From Schmidtea nova (taxonomy: Eukaryota): a DNA stretch of 64,000 bases. Where the stretch lies: contig CM097882.1 of the NCBI GenBank assembly GCA_044892505.1, forward strand, positions 376,712,001 to 376,776,000, in the 5' to 3' direction. This document shows positions 51,545-64,000 of this stretch, in pieces. Made by a program: the position numbers and the translations under genes. Numbering within the stretch: position 1 is the first letter of the stretch; the number at the start of each line of letters is the position of its first letter. The notes below the pieces were generated by a model, which was not told the origin of the DNA, searched no databases, and saw nothing but the letters and a program-made list of their open reading frames with translations.

Positions 51545-53268
51545 CAACGTTCCCTCTAAGCTGCGCGCGTGCAGCACCTCCAACACCCCCGCGCAGCAAA
51601 ATTATTTTCAGCGCAGTAAATTTAATTCAAGTGTTTCAGGGCAGTTGTTCCCAGTAAAAAGCTCACGGAAATTGTCGATGTAAATGGATCACCAGCAGCG
51701 AAAACCGATTATCTACTTAGTTTTCAAAATTTTCGCTACAGTCGGTATAGAATACAATGTTTACGATAATCATAAATAGATCAAGTGCGTGCACCATTAT
51801 CCTTTTCGTTAAGTTGCAGTCTCACGGGAAGTCTAACAAACATGCGTTCTGGGTATTAGGGGTCACTCTTGCCCCCATAGCAGGAAGCAGAACATTATTT
51901 AACTAGAGAGGTAGCTCGGTAGCATCAATTCCGTGTCGGCCAACCCTCGGCAGCTCTACCATCTCTTAAATATTCACATGAAATGTTAATGTTCAGTGCA
52001 TTTAGTCCAATAATGATATTTATATGCTTGACTCGAAGACCGTAATGCCCTTGTTGCTCAGATGATGTCTTCTTCTTGTATATGCCATGAAGATCATTCC
52101 CAGACCCCCTTCACAATCAATATATGCTGTAGCTGAATAATGCGTTTAAAATCTAAGATGCCATTATTCAATTTTAAATATACTTTAAAGGTTATGGGCT
52201 TGGGTAGAATCTATTGCGGAGTGGACGAGTTTGGTCTAAGCACAAACCACCATTATGAGTGTTATTTCGTTGCATCTAGTCGGCTCGGGAGTCAATTATT
52301 GAAATCGCAATATTTAGAAGGGGGAATAAGCTGGAGCAAGGAGGTCGGCGATTTACTTTCAAAAGAGGGATATAAAGATGTCGATAATTCGACGATACTG
52401 CCATTTATTGAACGAGTTTGTAATCATTTGCAAGATAGATTTCCGGAAGGAGAACTAAAAGAATGGATGACATTTAATACCCAAACAATAAAAGCACACA
52501 ATACATTTGAATTTGGAAATGATGATGTGCTAAAATTGGCCGAAAAGTATGAATATTTTCTATCAACCAACGATGATAACATTGAGAAGAAAGAATTTAA
52601 GGAAGTTATCAGAGCAGAATATGCTGAATTTAAATTTGTTTTGACCGAGAAATTGAAAACAGGAACACTAAAAACTTTTGCAGACGTTATTACTTATGTA
52701 CTGTCGGAAGAAAAATTTGCGACAATGGCGCCGTTAGTTGATATTTGTGGTACGTTTCAAGCATCTAGTGCAGACGCAGAACGTGGATTCAGTTTGATGA
52801 ACAACATTAAAACTAAATTGCGAAACAGACTGGAGGTGGTGCACCTAAATATGCTGATGAGGATTAAATTTTATCTCATGGGCGGTCAAAATGTCGATCT
52901 CGATTCAGTGTATAAATTTTGGAAAGATGGAAAAATCAGAAGACACAAGTTAGACGTCCTTCCATCTTCATTTTTCTAAATGTGCTGAGAATATACTATT
53001 TTTATATTTTATTTTCACCTTCCAATTAACATCTTAATTATAAAACATTACGAATTTTCAATACACATAATTATTATGTAGTTCATTTTAAATATTTAAA
53101 ACTCTTCAGTGTAATAATAAAGTGCATAATAACAGTGTTATACTTGTAGTGTCGTTTTAAAACTCTTACAAACACGTTATACCATTTTTACTGATCACTT
53201 GTGTTTAAAGGCTGCTCAGCGAAGCTGACTTTGCGCGCACTGCTGCTTATGGCTTAGAGGGAACATTG
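51545..53268 (+). mobile_element. hAT DNA transposon, internally deleted
   Basis: TIRs caacgttccctctaagc / gcttagagggaacattg. Perfect 8-bp TSD accacgac (51537-51544, 53269-53276). Confidence 0.95.
52140..52979 (+). pseudogene. C-terminal part of a hAT transposase with dimerisation domain
   Basis: ASSADAERGFSLMNNIKTKLRNRL...LMRI motif. N-terminal catalytic region missing. Confidence 0.88.
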
Positions 53269-54699
53269 ACCACGACACCAGCAATATTTTGATGAACTGT
53301 ATGATGACACAATTACTCCAGAACAAGCCATTTGCCGAATCTGATTCTAACCATGAAAATTTTTAAACTACGATATCCTCATTAATAAATGTAAGTTTTA
53401 TAAATTTTATTGCTTTTAGTTTTTAGATTTCATACGCTTTTTTCTTTACTTTAATGAGAGAATATTTTTCTTACTTCCGCACAAATATAATCTTTTGGAT
53501 ATTGACATCCTTCTAATTTCAGGTAATTCCTTCATATGTTACACGGCGTGATTTCGAAAACAAAGTCAATTAAATCGTGACTTACGTTGGACATAAAAAG
53601 TCAAAGAACAGCGAAGAGAAATTTAAATAACAAAGCAAACCACTCCTGAGAAGAATTAAAAATCCTAAATTAAAATCCAAAATATTTGTAACATTATAAT
53701 TTTTCTACGAAATCAAAACTGAAATCATTTCCACATTTATATAATATCATATAAAATTTACAATTATATAAAAAATTGCCATTAAATTTGAAATGATTAT
53801 ATCTGGCTGAACAAAAATATTAGATGACATTTGCCGAAAAACATTGATTTTGCGACCTTATAATAATAATAGGACAAATAATAAAATTTGACATTTATGA
53901 ATATTTGCAAAAAATAGTAAATAACCACATAATAATAAAAAAATACAAATCAAGCAGCCAATAAAAATAGAAAATATGAAAAACAACTAGAATCTGTTTT
54001 TAATATAATGACATGCATACACACATAAATATACATAAATGCGATTGGTGAGATAGAGACGTTGCTCAATTAAAGGTGCAATTCATTTATTACAATAGAA
54101 TTGATAGACTTATTGGAACTGTCATTGATGAAATCATACAGTTCGACAAAATTCATTCCATCTTCAAATCTAAAAAAAATAAGTCAATTCTCGGCTTTTT
54201 TACACTTGAAAATCCATAATATCAATTTGCAAGATAAATGTAACAATTAATGCTGATGAGTCCAACACTATTTGGTTTTGGTAAGGAGACAACATCAAAA
54301 AAGGAAAACGTTTAGCTATTGAGAAAAAATTTGTGATTAATTTTAATAATTTACATACTTGATTTGACCTTAGTATTGATTTTAAAGTGACAAAGCTGCT
54401 TATTTTTATATTAATCTTATATAATATTTACTTAAACAAACATGGCAACGATTTAATTAATGAAAAACGCCATTTATAGAAAACCCGTAAAAAATAATAA
54501 AAAACTGTTAAATTCAATTTATAAAATATAATTAAATAAAGATTTTAATTTTTTCTAATTTTAAAATATTATTTCAAAATATAATTTTAATTTATTAAAA
54601 ATCAATCCACAAATTTATTTTAAAATGATTTTTTATTATATATATTTTAAATTTCTAAAATATTGAAGAAAAAATTATTTATTAAATTTTAACAAAATC

Positions 54700-55430
54700 A
54701 ATTTCATCATTCTTTATAATTCGCCAGAAAATGTTTGTGAGTATAGAAATATAGTAACAGGATTGATTTATAGATCGTGGTGTTTATCATATACTTTCAA
54801 AATTCTGTAAAAAGTAAAGATAAACTAGCGGAACTGTTAATAAAGAATAGTTATTCAAAACGATTTTTGATGATGAGAGAAACAGTTGATAAATATTTAA
54901 ATAATATTAAGGATTCTTGTAAGCGTGAATGTAATCATGCTGATAATTTGGATGATGGAATGAATAATAGTATAAGATCTATCAAACAAGAGAATCCTAA
55001 ATTCACGATGATCTTGTCGTATTCGGGGGGGGGGGGTTAAAGAGTATAAAAGGAAGATATGAAAGCAATTGAGTGGTTTAAACTTTAGGATTGTCTCCAA
55101 TTCGTGCAAAGTGAGTATTGTTAATAAGTCGGAAACTCTGGTTGTAATGCGTTCAGATCTCATTTATCAATTTACATGTAATGGGTGTTATGTCACATGC
55201 ATTGGAGAGTCATCTCTGTACTCGAGTTCTTGAACATGGTCAATTGAAGGGAGTGTCCAATTTTAGTGATCATAAAAAAATCTGTAACAGAAATATTTTA
55301 AAATCTTATTAAAAAATCTTAATAATCATTATGAACGCAATATATGTGAAGCGTTGTTTATAAGATCTTTAAATCCAAAAATTAATGTGCAGAATGCTGT
55401 GAGAACGTGTATTTTGAATTTTTTTAAATA
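54700..55430 (+). mobile_element. Penelope-like element relic (RT C-terminus plus GIY-YIG endonuclease)
   Basis: LLIKNSYSKRF...ILSYSG, then SDLIYQFTCNGC..CIGESS..TRVLEH...EALFIRSLNPKINVQ. Frameshifted. Confidence 0.8.
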
Positions 55431-55439
55431 GCTCATCAA

Positions 55440-57197
55440 CATCATCAAATAGGACATCATCATAAAACATCATCAATATAGGATAAGGAACGTTCTTGAT
55501 GTTCTCGGAGTACGTTGTCCATGTCTCTCTGAAACGTTTGAGGCGTTTCTAAGTCCAAAAGGCATCTTTGTATATTCGAACAATCCAAACGGTGTTATGA
55601 CTGCTGTCTTTGAAATGTCTTCGTCACAAATCGGAATTTGATGATATGCCTTTTCCAGATCTAACTTAGTGAATATATGAGGGTTGTTGATCTTGTTCAG
55701 TAATTCTTGAATCCTCGGAAGTGGATATCTGTCAGGCAGGGTTATTTCATTTAACATTCTGTAGTCTCCACAAGGCCACCATGACCAATCCGGCTTCTTA
55801 ATTACTACTAATGAAGATGCCCAGTCACTCTTGCTTGCCCGAATTACACCTTCATTTAAGAGTTTGTCAAATTCTTTTTTTGTTGCAACTAATTTTTTTC
55901 CAAAAAGTGGTCTTTGTCTTTGGGCTACAGGGGAACCGTTGGTGATAATTTGTAGTTTCGTGGTTAATGTAGTTTGATTGATGATTGTAGCACAGATCTT
56001 ATCGCATTGGCTTATCCGCGCTTCTGCCCTTTCGTTACTACTAGGGCAACATATTGATCTGGAATAACAACTAACATCGATTTTGTGACGGGCCAGGAAA
56101 TCTGCACCCAAGATTGGACGAGATATGCCGGCTATGGCAAAAGACCATATAAATTTAATTCTGAATCCTTCAATAGTAAATTCAATCGTTTTCTGCCCGT
56201 AGTATGTGATTGATGAATTGTTGGCGGATACTAAAGATCGATGTTCTCCATTTCTATCAGGCTTGAAACGGTTTGCGGGAAGGATACTGAGATCAGCGCC
56301 TGTATCTATGAGAAAATTAACTTGTTCTCCATTTATGATTGCTGGTATTTCGAATATTTGTGAGTTGTTTTGTCCCGAGAAAGAGGATATGATTTTGTAG
56401 GTTTCACTGTTCGGGTTCAATGAAACCTTCTCTCGTTTCCCTGGTTCTCTCTGTTGTTGTTAAAAGTGTTGTTGTTGTTGAATTTGTTATTGTTGTTGAA
56501 ATTGTTGTTGTTCATTGAGGATATGTTTGAAGTTTCAAGCTTTTGATACATCGATCTCTCTGATGTATTTTTCTGATCGATAGTTGTCGTTCTGATTTGC
56601 ATTCCATTCACATGGCGGCTAACATTTCCTCGCCCTATGCCCAAATTTACTATGATAAAAACATAACTTACTGGTGCTTTTATTCCTCAATTGTTAACGT
56701 ATTACATTGATTTCTTCCTGTAGTTCCCTAATTGTTCTCGTCTTATCTCCTAACTCTTGAGTATTGCAATTTTCGTGTTCAACTGTCTTTACTGATTGCC
56801 GCTTTGATAACATTATTCTGTCTGCTGTGACTGCTAATTTTCGAAGGTCCGTCGTTGGCATCGATAATAGGATGTCTTGAACAGAGCTTGGTAATAGTCG
56901 CATGAACAATTCCCGAGATATAGGACTGTTGAATGGATCCATGGCTGTATCTATTCTTTGTATTTGTCCCGTAATGTGCTGAAGTGCTTCTGATGGAGAT
57001 CGATCTCCAAGGCATTCTTCTCTCATCAATTCTGTTATCGATATTTTTCTTGATAGCTCAAATTCTGCTAGGATTGCTTCTTTCAGAGTTGAGTACGGAA
57101 TCTCGGTTTCTGAGTCCAATAGATGTTCGCATTTTGATAGCATTGTTGTTGGAAGATTTGAAATTAACAATAACTTCGATTTAGTTTCAATCCACAA
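55440..57197 (-). mobile_element. Truncated Ty3/gypsy (CsRn1-clade-like) element: gag, protease, RT N-terminal half
   Basis: Gag similar to 2062-3192, with CFYHSKFGHRARKC*PPC. GGGAAAC at 56441-56435, FLIDTG protease, RT motifs PCGDYRMLN, DLEKAYHQI, MPFGL, and YIDD (55480-55469, frameshifted). Truncated after YIDD. Confidence 0.93.
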
Positions 57198-58096
57198 TTA
57201 CAATGTCGATAACACTTGTTAACAATTTGCACTTTCATCGATAGGAGTAGGTCTTTCAATGGCAGATCCCCATTCTGATACGCGATAATTGATTTGAAGT
57301 GAAAATCGGTATCTATCCTTTTGAATACCTATCTTTGACCAACTGCCAAAAATACTAAATTTGCTTCTATTTTGATAGTATATTTTGATGAAATTAGTAG
57401 TCAGCACATTTTGGTCAATTATTCTAAAAAACAATTTAGTTTCGGGTTCCTTCGTCACTCGGGTTTTCCATCTTTCCATGGGTTACTTGAATATTAATTT
57501 GTCAGAGTCCTATGTTAACCCGGGCTTCTTCTACATCATGTTAGTTACGATTTCGTTTATTTGAATTCTTTCAGGCTATATATTGTGTTATAGAATATTT
57601 TCAATTTAACACAAATTTTCTGTTATCTTTAAAATTAGGATTACTGATCGAAAACAATTAAAATTTTTATTTAATGATTATTTTATGATTCTTGAAAAAA
57701 TATTTGGAACCACGAATTGAAAACATTTAAACTATACAAGTTGTCTTCAATAAAATATGACAAAATATAATTTATTTTGAAATTCCATAAATTGAAAGCG
57801 AGTAATTGCATTAAAGTTCCTTTTAGAACAAATATTAAACTATAAACGAATTATATAATTGTAAACTTTATTTGAAGAAAAATCAGATTATATAGAGAAA
57901 ATATTCAAGATATATTTAATAATTTATGATTTCTAAATTTACAAAGAACTATAGTGATTTATATTAATATATTTTTGTATTAAATGGGGATATCATGTTA
58001 TGACAAGAACTTAATAAAACGTTTTTAATATTCTCATCACTGAATTTTACTTTTCATGTCAAATTTCTGGATAATAAAAAATAATCTAAAACTTAC

Positions 58097-61000
58097 GTGT
58101 CAATAACTTTTGCATGTAAAATCCGTTTATTTACTTTATGCCAAAAAAAATCGGCAAATAATTTGGAATCTGTTTCATTTTTTATTTGAACTCCATGCAA
58201 TTTACACATAAAACACTGTTGCTTATAAACATTGCAATATTGTTTAGGCAATGGAAATAGTGCTTCTAGATTTGCTTCGACACTTATTCCGTAGTCCACC
58301 AAAAACACCTGTCAAAAAAGAAATAAACGAACCACAAACACTGGTTTATACTTGATATCGATTATCTGAAATTTCACTAGTTATACTTGCTCTATGAATT
58401 TTATCATTAACCACCACTGCGACTAAAGCATTTGGTATTAATTCAGTCGTTCTATTGAATGAACTATATTGAAATTTCATAAATTCACTAAAAAAATCCA
58501 ATAAATATGTGCTAGCAAATATTCTAATAATATTTTAAAAAAATCAAATTATATATAAAGTTAACTCTGTCGCAATTTTTAGGTTATAAGATGATTAGAT
58601 ATACCATTAATTGACATAAAACTGCGAGCATTCAAAACTAAGACCCACCTTACCTGTTTATCACAAATAATAACAGTAACTCATACTTCACAAAATCACA
58701 GGCAAATTTAATTTTTATCAAGATTAATTTCTGGTTTGATTGATTTCAATATATAATAATAATCTTCAGAAAATTCTTCTATTTCAAAAATAAATTATTT
58801 TCCTTACAACCTATCTTGTTTATCCGAAAATTTTCAAATAATAAGAAGTACTTATTAGGTTGTCCAGAATTAAATGTCCGAATAATATATAATAATTTTA
58901 AATCATCATAACTTTTTTATATAAAACGTATTTCTTTATTTAAAGTTAATATTTCAAATTCAAATATTAAGTAAAATTTATAATAATTTCATTACTATAA
59001 ATTTCATTTCAAATAGAAATGTACATGTTAAAAAGTCATGATTTGAAACTTTTTTATTTATATGAGTGAAAATCAAAGAACAATTCAGTTGAGGCGGAGA
59101 GGAATATTAATAATGCTTTTGGAAGCGATACAGTTAATGAAAGAACTATTAGGCGTTAGCTTAAAAAATTTGATGACGGAGAAATTTATCTCGAAAATAT
59201 GCCTCATGGTAGACCTAATATCAAGCTGTCGGAGGAAGATTTACGTGAAGCTATTGTTCTAAATTCAACAAAATCTGTTCGGGAACTTGCTATAGATCTG
59301 TTCAACCGTTCATGACAATTTAAAGACAATTGGTATAGCCGAAAAGCTTTTAAAATTGGTCTAACATGAATTGACTGAATTACAGAAATAAAACAGATTA
59401 CAAAATTGCATATATCTTCAATCACGACAACGAAAGTCAAGATTTTCTTAATATTATTACCTGTGATGAAAAATGGATTCAATATGATAATCGTGAGCGG
59501 TCAGGAGAATACCCAAATCAGTTTTCAAAACCGAAAATTCATCAAAAGAAAGTCATGCTTTCAGTTTGGTGATCTAAATATGGTGTAATACAGTATCGTT
59601 TTCTGAAAATGGGCACAACAAACAATTCTGAACGATGCTGTGTAGAACTAGAAAAAATGCATGAAAAACTCACCATTAGTCACTCTGCAATTGTTAATAA
59701 AAAAAGTCCAATTATCCTGCATGATAACACCAGGCCTCACGCATCGAAAGTCACTATAAAAAATTACACGACTTATGATTTGAAGTTTTACCGCATCCAC
59801 CTTACTCACCGGATCTATCACTAACTGATTTCCACTTATTTAGATATATAAGTCTTTATATCAAGTTCAAAGATTTGGAGGAGATAAAATGGACTTTCTT
59901 TTTCTTGGACTTCAGACAAGAGACTTTTCGTAAAGAAGGATAGAAAAGCTCCCGCAACGATGGCAAGAGTGTATTAATGTTGATGGATCATATTTTGATT
60001 AAATAATAAATGTTTAAATATATTTGTACTTTCGAATTATAATCCATTTATCGGACATTTCATTCCGGACAACCTAATATAATATTACAAAATTTTAAAA
60101 TGTGGGCTATCGAGAAACTTTAATTTATTATTACAGTAATTCTTCGTTTATCGAGTTTAATCCGTTCCAGACTGCCGCGAAAAGTGAATTTCCACGAAGT
60201 AGGATTATTTGTTAATAAATTAAATATTTTCGTAGTCAGAGCACAAAAAACTTATTTAAGACACTTTAAATAAAGGTATTAACATTCTGGCATGAAATAA
60301 AACCCTTCTAGTTACCATTATACTGGTATGTATTACTCATTATTACATACATATATGGAATAGAAAACAAAAGAGATAAAAAAAGGCAATGAATTTTTAT
60401 ATTTTATGTAGTATATATTATGCGCATAATACTCTTTAGCACTGTGTTGATTATGTACTGTGATTGGAATATATATTTGAAAAAATAACGATAGAATGAA
60501 GTCGTGAAATTCGAAGTGATTACTGTATATAACTTAAATATTTAGAAGAATCTTTGATCTTTTTTTCAATTTCTCATTTTTAATTTAAATGAAAAAGATT
60601 AAAAAATTTTCTATTGAATAAATACTTTCGGCACTGCTTTTTATAAAATTGTTAATTGACACTTGCGAAAGACATTGCCTAAAATTGGCATTGAATAGGA
60701 GAAAAATGAAAATTTATAGACTTTAGAAAATTCCTAAGATCTTGAAAAATGATTCTATATCTTTAAGAAATCAAAAAAGTTACCTTTTAAAATAACTTTC
60801 TTAGAAGCCATTTTTGAAATGACCAATATATACAAAATAATTAAAAAGTAACAATTCATATTATGATTAATATACACTAGTATTATAAAAGATTTTATTG
60901 AGCATAACACGTTGTATATTATTACACTGAAAATATGATCGATCTCATCTATTTTGCAGAAAAATGCATTAGAAAAATTAGCTGATCTGTCGCAACATGG

Positions 61001-61291
61001 CTTTATCAACTCATGTTCTCCAACCCGTTCCATTGTAATCCATGTCCCATTAGATTAACAAAGTCAATTCAAAGTTACTAGCTTCAGAACATCATTTGAT
61101 TTAAAGAGAAAAAATCTAATCTTTATATTGAAAATTTGTATTTTAGGAAATGTTTTGTAGAATAATCTTTTTAATGTCTTGTAAAAAATATACATTTTCT
61201 ATATTGCGTATAAATTGAGTCAAGTCAATTATCTAATTTTCATTTTTATGCAAAGACTAGATCAAAAAAATTTCTAAAAATTTAAGAATTT

Positions 61292-61365
<74 letters not shown>

Positions 61366-64000
61366 GTCAAATCTCGTTGTAACGAAGCTCACGGGACTGA
61401 GTAAATTGTTTCGTTATACTGAAAATTTGTTGTAGTGAGTACTATACAATATTGTCAGGGGATCGTCGGGGATAAATTATAGATTTGTTATACTGGAAAT
61501 TTCGTTACTTCGGTATTCATTACATCGAGATTTGACCTGTATATATATATATATCATGACAGTCTGTCCATCCGCCCGTCTCAAGTTTCCAAAATCTACT
61601 ACTGATAATTATCAGAAGATAAATTTTCATAAATTAAAAATAATGCGACCATCAGTTTACAGGCTTTATATACAGCTAGTATCAAATAAATCTTCTAAAG
61701 AGCAGTACCGAAAACTTTGTTAAATTGAAAAATCATTTAATATAAAATTTAATATAATAAAAATTAAAGAAATCGTAAAGAAAATACAAGATTTTCATTG
61801 AAGAAATTGTTTTATTTTTCAGTTTTATTTTTCAATTTAACAATGCTTTCATAAGAGGGTGACATTTTGATATATTAAATAATATAAAAATTTCACATTG
61901 TCTTCAAATATTGAAATTATGAAATTAAAAATGAAGATCAAATGTGACGAAAATTAATTATATTAAAAATAAAATTTTATTCAAAAAAATTATAAGTGTC
62001 ACTCTAAAAATAATTATAATGAAATATTGGATAATAGATTCATTCGTGATTATTTGATATGCAAAAACGTGATAAATTCCTAAATAAAACAATTTGTTTT
62101 TCAAGAATTTTTATTATATATTTATTCTTATTTTACTAAACAAATTTAAGCCGGCATGTTTCATATGTTTTACGCTTAATATTTTTCATATAATTATTAT
62201 TGTTGTTTTATATTTTTAAATTTAAAACTATCATTATTATCTATTATTTACACCTTTGATCTATTTGTTTCTATTTCAGAAAATTTTATTTTTTAAAGAC
62301 TAAATCGATTTTTTAAAAGTACTTGAAATGTTTAGGAGAATAATCTTTTTAATGTCTTGTAAAAATAGTACATGACTCATCGTTAAACAAAGACAATGAC
62401 GTCATCGATGATTCATAACAAAGACAATGAGTCACCCTACCCCACCCCCGGTATGGCTCATAGATGACGTCATCTATAACGTCTTTGGTGACTCATTCTA
62501 AATTAAAATTTTATGACGTTATCGATAACTCATATCAAATTTTAATTTCCAAAGGTCAAATAAGGTCAAACCTTCAAACAAGGGTATCATTCGAAAGGTC
62601 TTTGAATGGTCTATACCCTCGAAGGTTTATGGAGGGTCCTGAACTGACAATAAACTGACAATAAATCCTGAAGTGACAATAAACCTTCAAATTTTTTCAA
62701 TCCTTACAAGTTATATATCATTCGAAAGGTAGTTGAGAGGTAATAAAGGTTGTGCTGAAAAATTATGTACTTTTAAAAAACTTGATCTAGTCTTTATGTA
62801 AAAAATTTTGAAATAAAATTTCTGAAATAGAAAATAAAAGTTAAATGATAAATATATAATTAATTAATGTGATATTGTATATTATTCAAATAATAATAAA
62901 TTTCGTGTTTAAATTATCAGAACAAACCCGAGACTGTCTTCCATTTCATGAATCGAAGAAAAATCCAATCCGTTATCAATATCTTCATCCTCATTATCCG
63001 ACAAATTAGAGAGTGTCGCGTCATTGTCAAAGCCCGCTATTCCATGAGTAAGGAAAGCATAAAAGACACCGAATCCATATATCGCTGTAACTTGCACACC
63101 AATAATCGAACCCACCCTTAAATGCCTTTCGAACGATTTATCCATAAATGAAAGAGATTGCATCCATTTAAAATCTTTTTTGTTATCATCATCAGAACTC
63201 TCCGAGTGAGTAACATGACGATCTTGACATTTTGAGCCTTTGAAACACCGTCCTTTGGTTCGATAATACTCACAAATCGGTCTTTTATCAAAAGGGTGCG
63301 GCATTTCCATTTCGTCATAGATTTTCTGAGTGATATAAATATCCTTCATTCCGTCGATAATATTTTCATCGACATCCGTAGAACTATTACTTTCAATATC
63401 ATTTAGTGCTTTAGAGCAGCTCAGATATAGTTCATCCTTTGTCACACTCATCGGTTCGGTTTCTTCGTCTTCTACGCTATTAATATTTTCTTGATTTAGA
63501 TCATGTAAAACCTTATTCAGAGAAAGGAAATTTGCTTTATCATCGTCATCCAGATACATAATAAACAGCTCAACATACAATGGCTGTCTTATTAAAGTTT
63601 TCTCGTCGGATTTATTAAAGTTATTCCGCTTATCGCCAAAACAAATCGAAATATAAACTTGGTAATCATATTTGATGAGTAACTGTTCGAATTTATTGAA
63701 TAATAATGCGGCATTTTCATGGCTGGAGTTAAAACCTGACAGACGACATTCTACAGCCAAGGCAGGTAACTGACAGAATTGATCACTTATGGGTATTATA
63801 TCGGATTCCTTTAGGGATACTTCTTCGCCGTAATCCAACAGTTTACATCGGAATTTGTTTTCCAATGGGAGTGCTCCAATAATGTAGCCTCGATTATAGG
63901 TAGAGTTGTGGGAACATAAACACAAAGTCCCAGGAACGAGGTCTACTACTCCGACAAACTGCCGTAACATAGAATTGTTACATAGAAGATAATGTGTCTC
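58097..64000 (-). CDS. Tudor-domain protein with a CCCH zinc finger between two extended Tudor domains. Exons >64000-62928, 58487-58352, 58308-58097; incomplete at both ends
   Basis: Tudor motifs YNRGYI..LLDYGEE..CQLPALAVECRLSG and IHRASI..FLVDYG..CKLHG. Finger CEYYRTKGRCFKGSKCQDRH. Intron phases are consistent. Confidence 0.85.
58855..60077 (+). mobile_element. Full-length decayed mariner element in the Tudor-gene intron
   Basis: TIRs ttaggttgtccagaattaaatgtccga / tcggacatttcattccggacaacctaa, TA duplication, TCDEKWIQYDN and ILHDNTRPH motifs with frameshifts. Confidence 0.95.
61363..61539. mobile_element. Tc1/mariner-pogo-type MITE in a (TA)n tract
   Basis: TIRs caggtcaaatctcgttgtaacgaa / ttcattacatcgagatttgacctg flanked by TA. 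Confidence 0.85.
62268..62834. mobile_element. Diverged foldback element with a spacer
   Basis: Imperfect inverted arms tttctatttcagaaa...aaaagtac and gtactttt...tttctgaaatagaaa around a spacer with internal repeats. Preceded by cacctttgatc, as in the hairpin family. Confidence 0.5.

Noticed and set aside
54253-54295. ctgatgagtcc upstream of the Penelope relic as a hammerhead
   Set aside because: No GAAA core or closing stems.
57219-57580. ORF 57219-57479 or nearby sequence as the next Tudor-gene exon
   Set aside because: No convincing acceptor, phase or homology.

Overview
AT-rich eukaryotic (animal-like) genomic DNA with tiny GT-AG introns and many N runs that look like masked low-complexity sequence. 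The species cannot be determined from the sequence alone. Two host genes are recognisable, both on the minus strand. One is a salt-inducible kinase (SIK family) gene with five exons from 33005 to 18873 and the rest outside the window. The other is a Tudor-CCCH-Tudor gene from >64000 to 58097. Most other sequence is mobile or repeat-derived. Main observations: (1) a CsRn1-clade-like Ty3/gypsy LTR element (872-17540) encodes intact Gag and protease but no RT, RNase H or integrase core; (2) that element is interrupted by a 12.3-kb giant palindrome (3536-15854) with AGTAG termini and a perfect 6-bp target duplication, hallmarks of Polinton/Maverick ends, but no Polinton genes; (3) an inverted pair of minimal type-I hammerhead ribozymes sits in SIK intron 4 (29202-29528); (4) a tandem pair of divergent REX4-like DEDD exonuclease pseudogenes (41823-45790) lies beside an intronless nuclear-receptor pseudogene; (5) a dispersed family of near-perfect foldback hairpins. 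Mariner, hAT, Penelope, MULE-like and further gypsy relics fill the rest.
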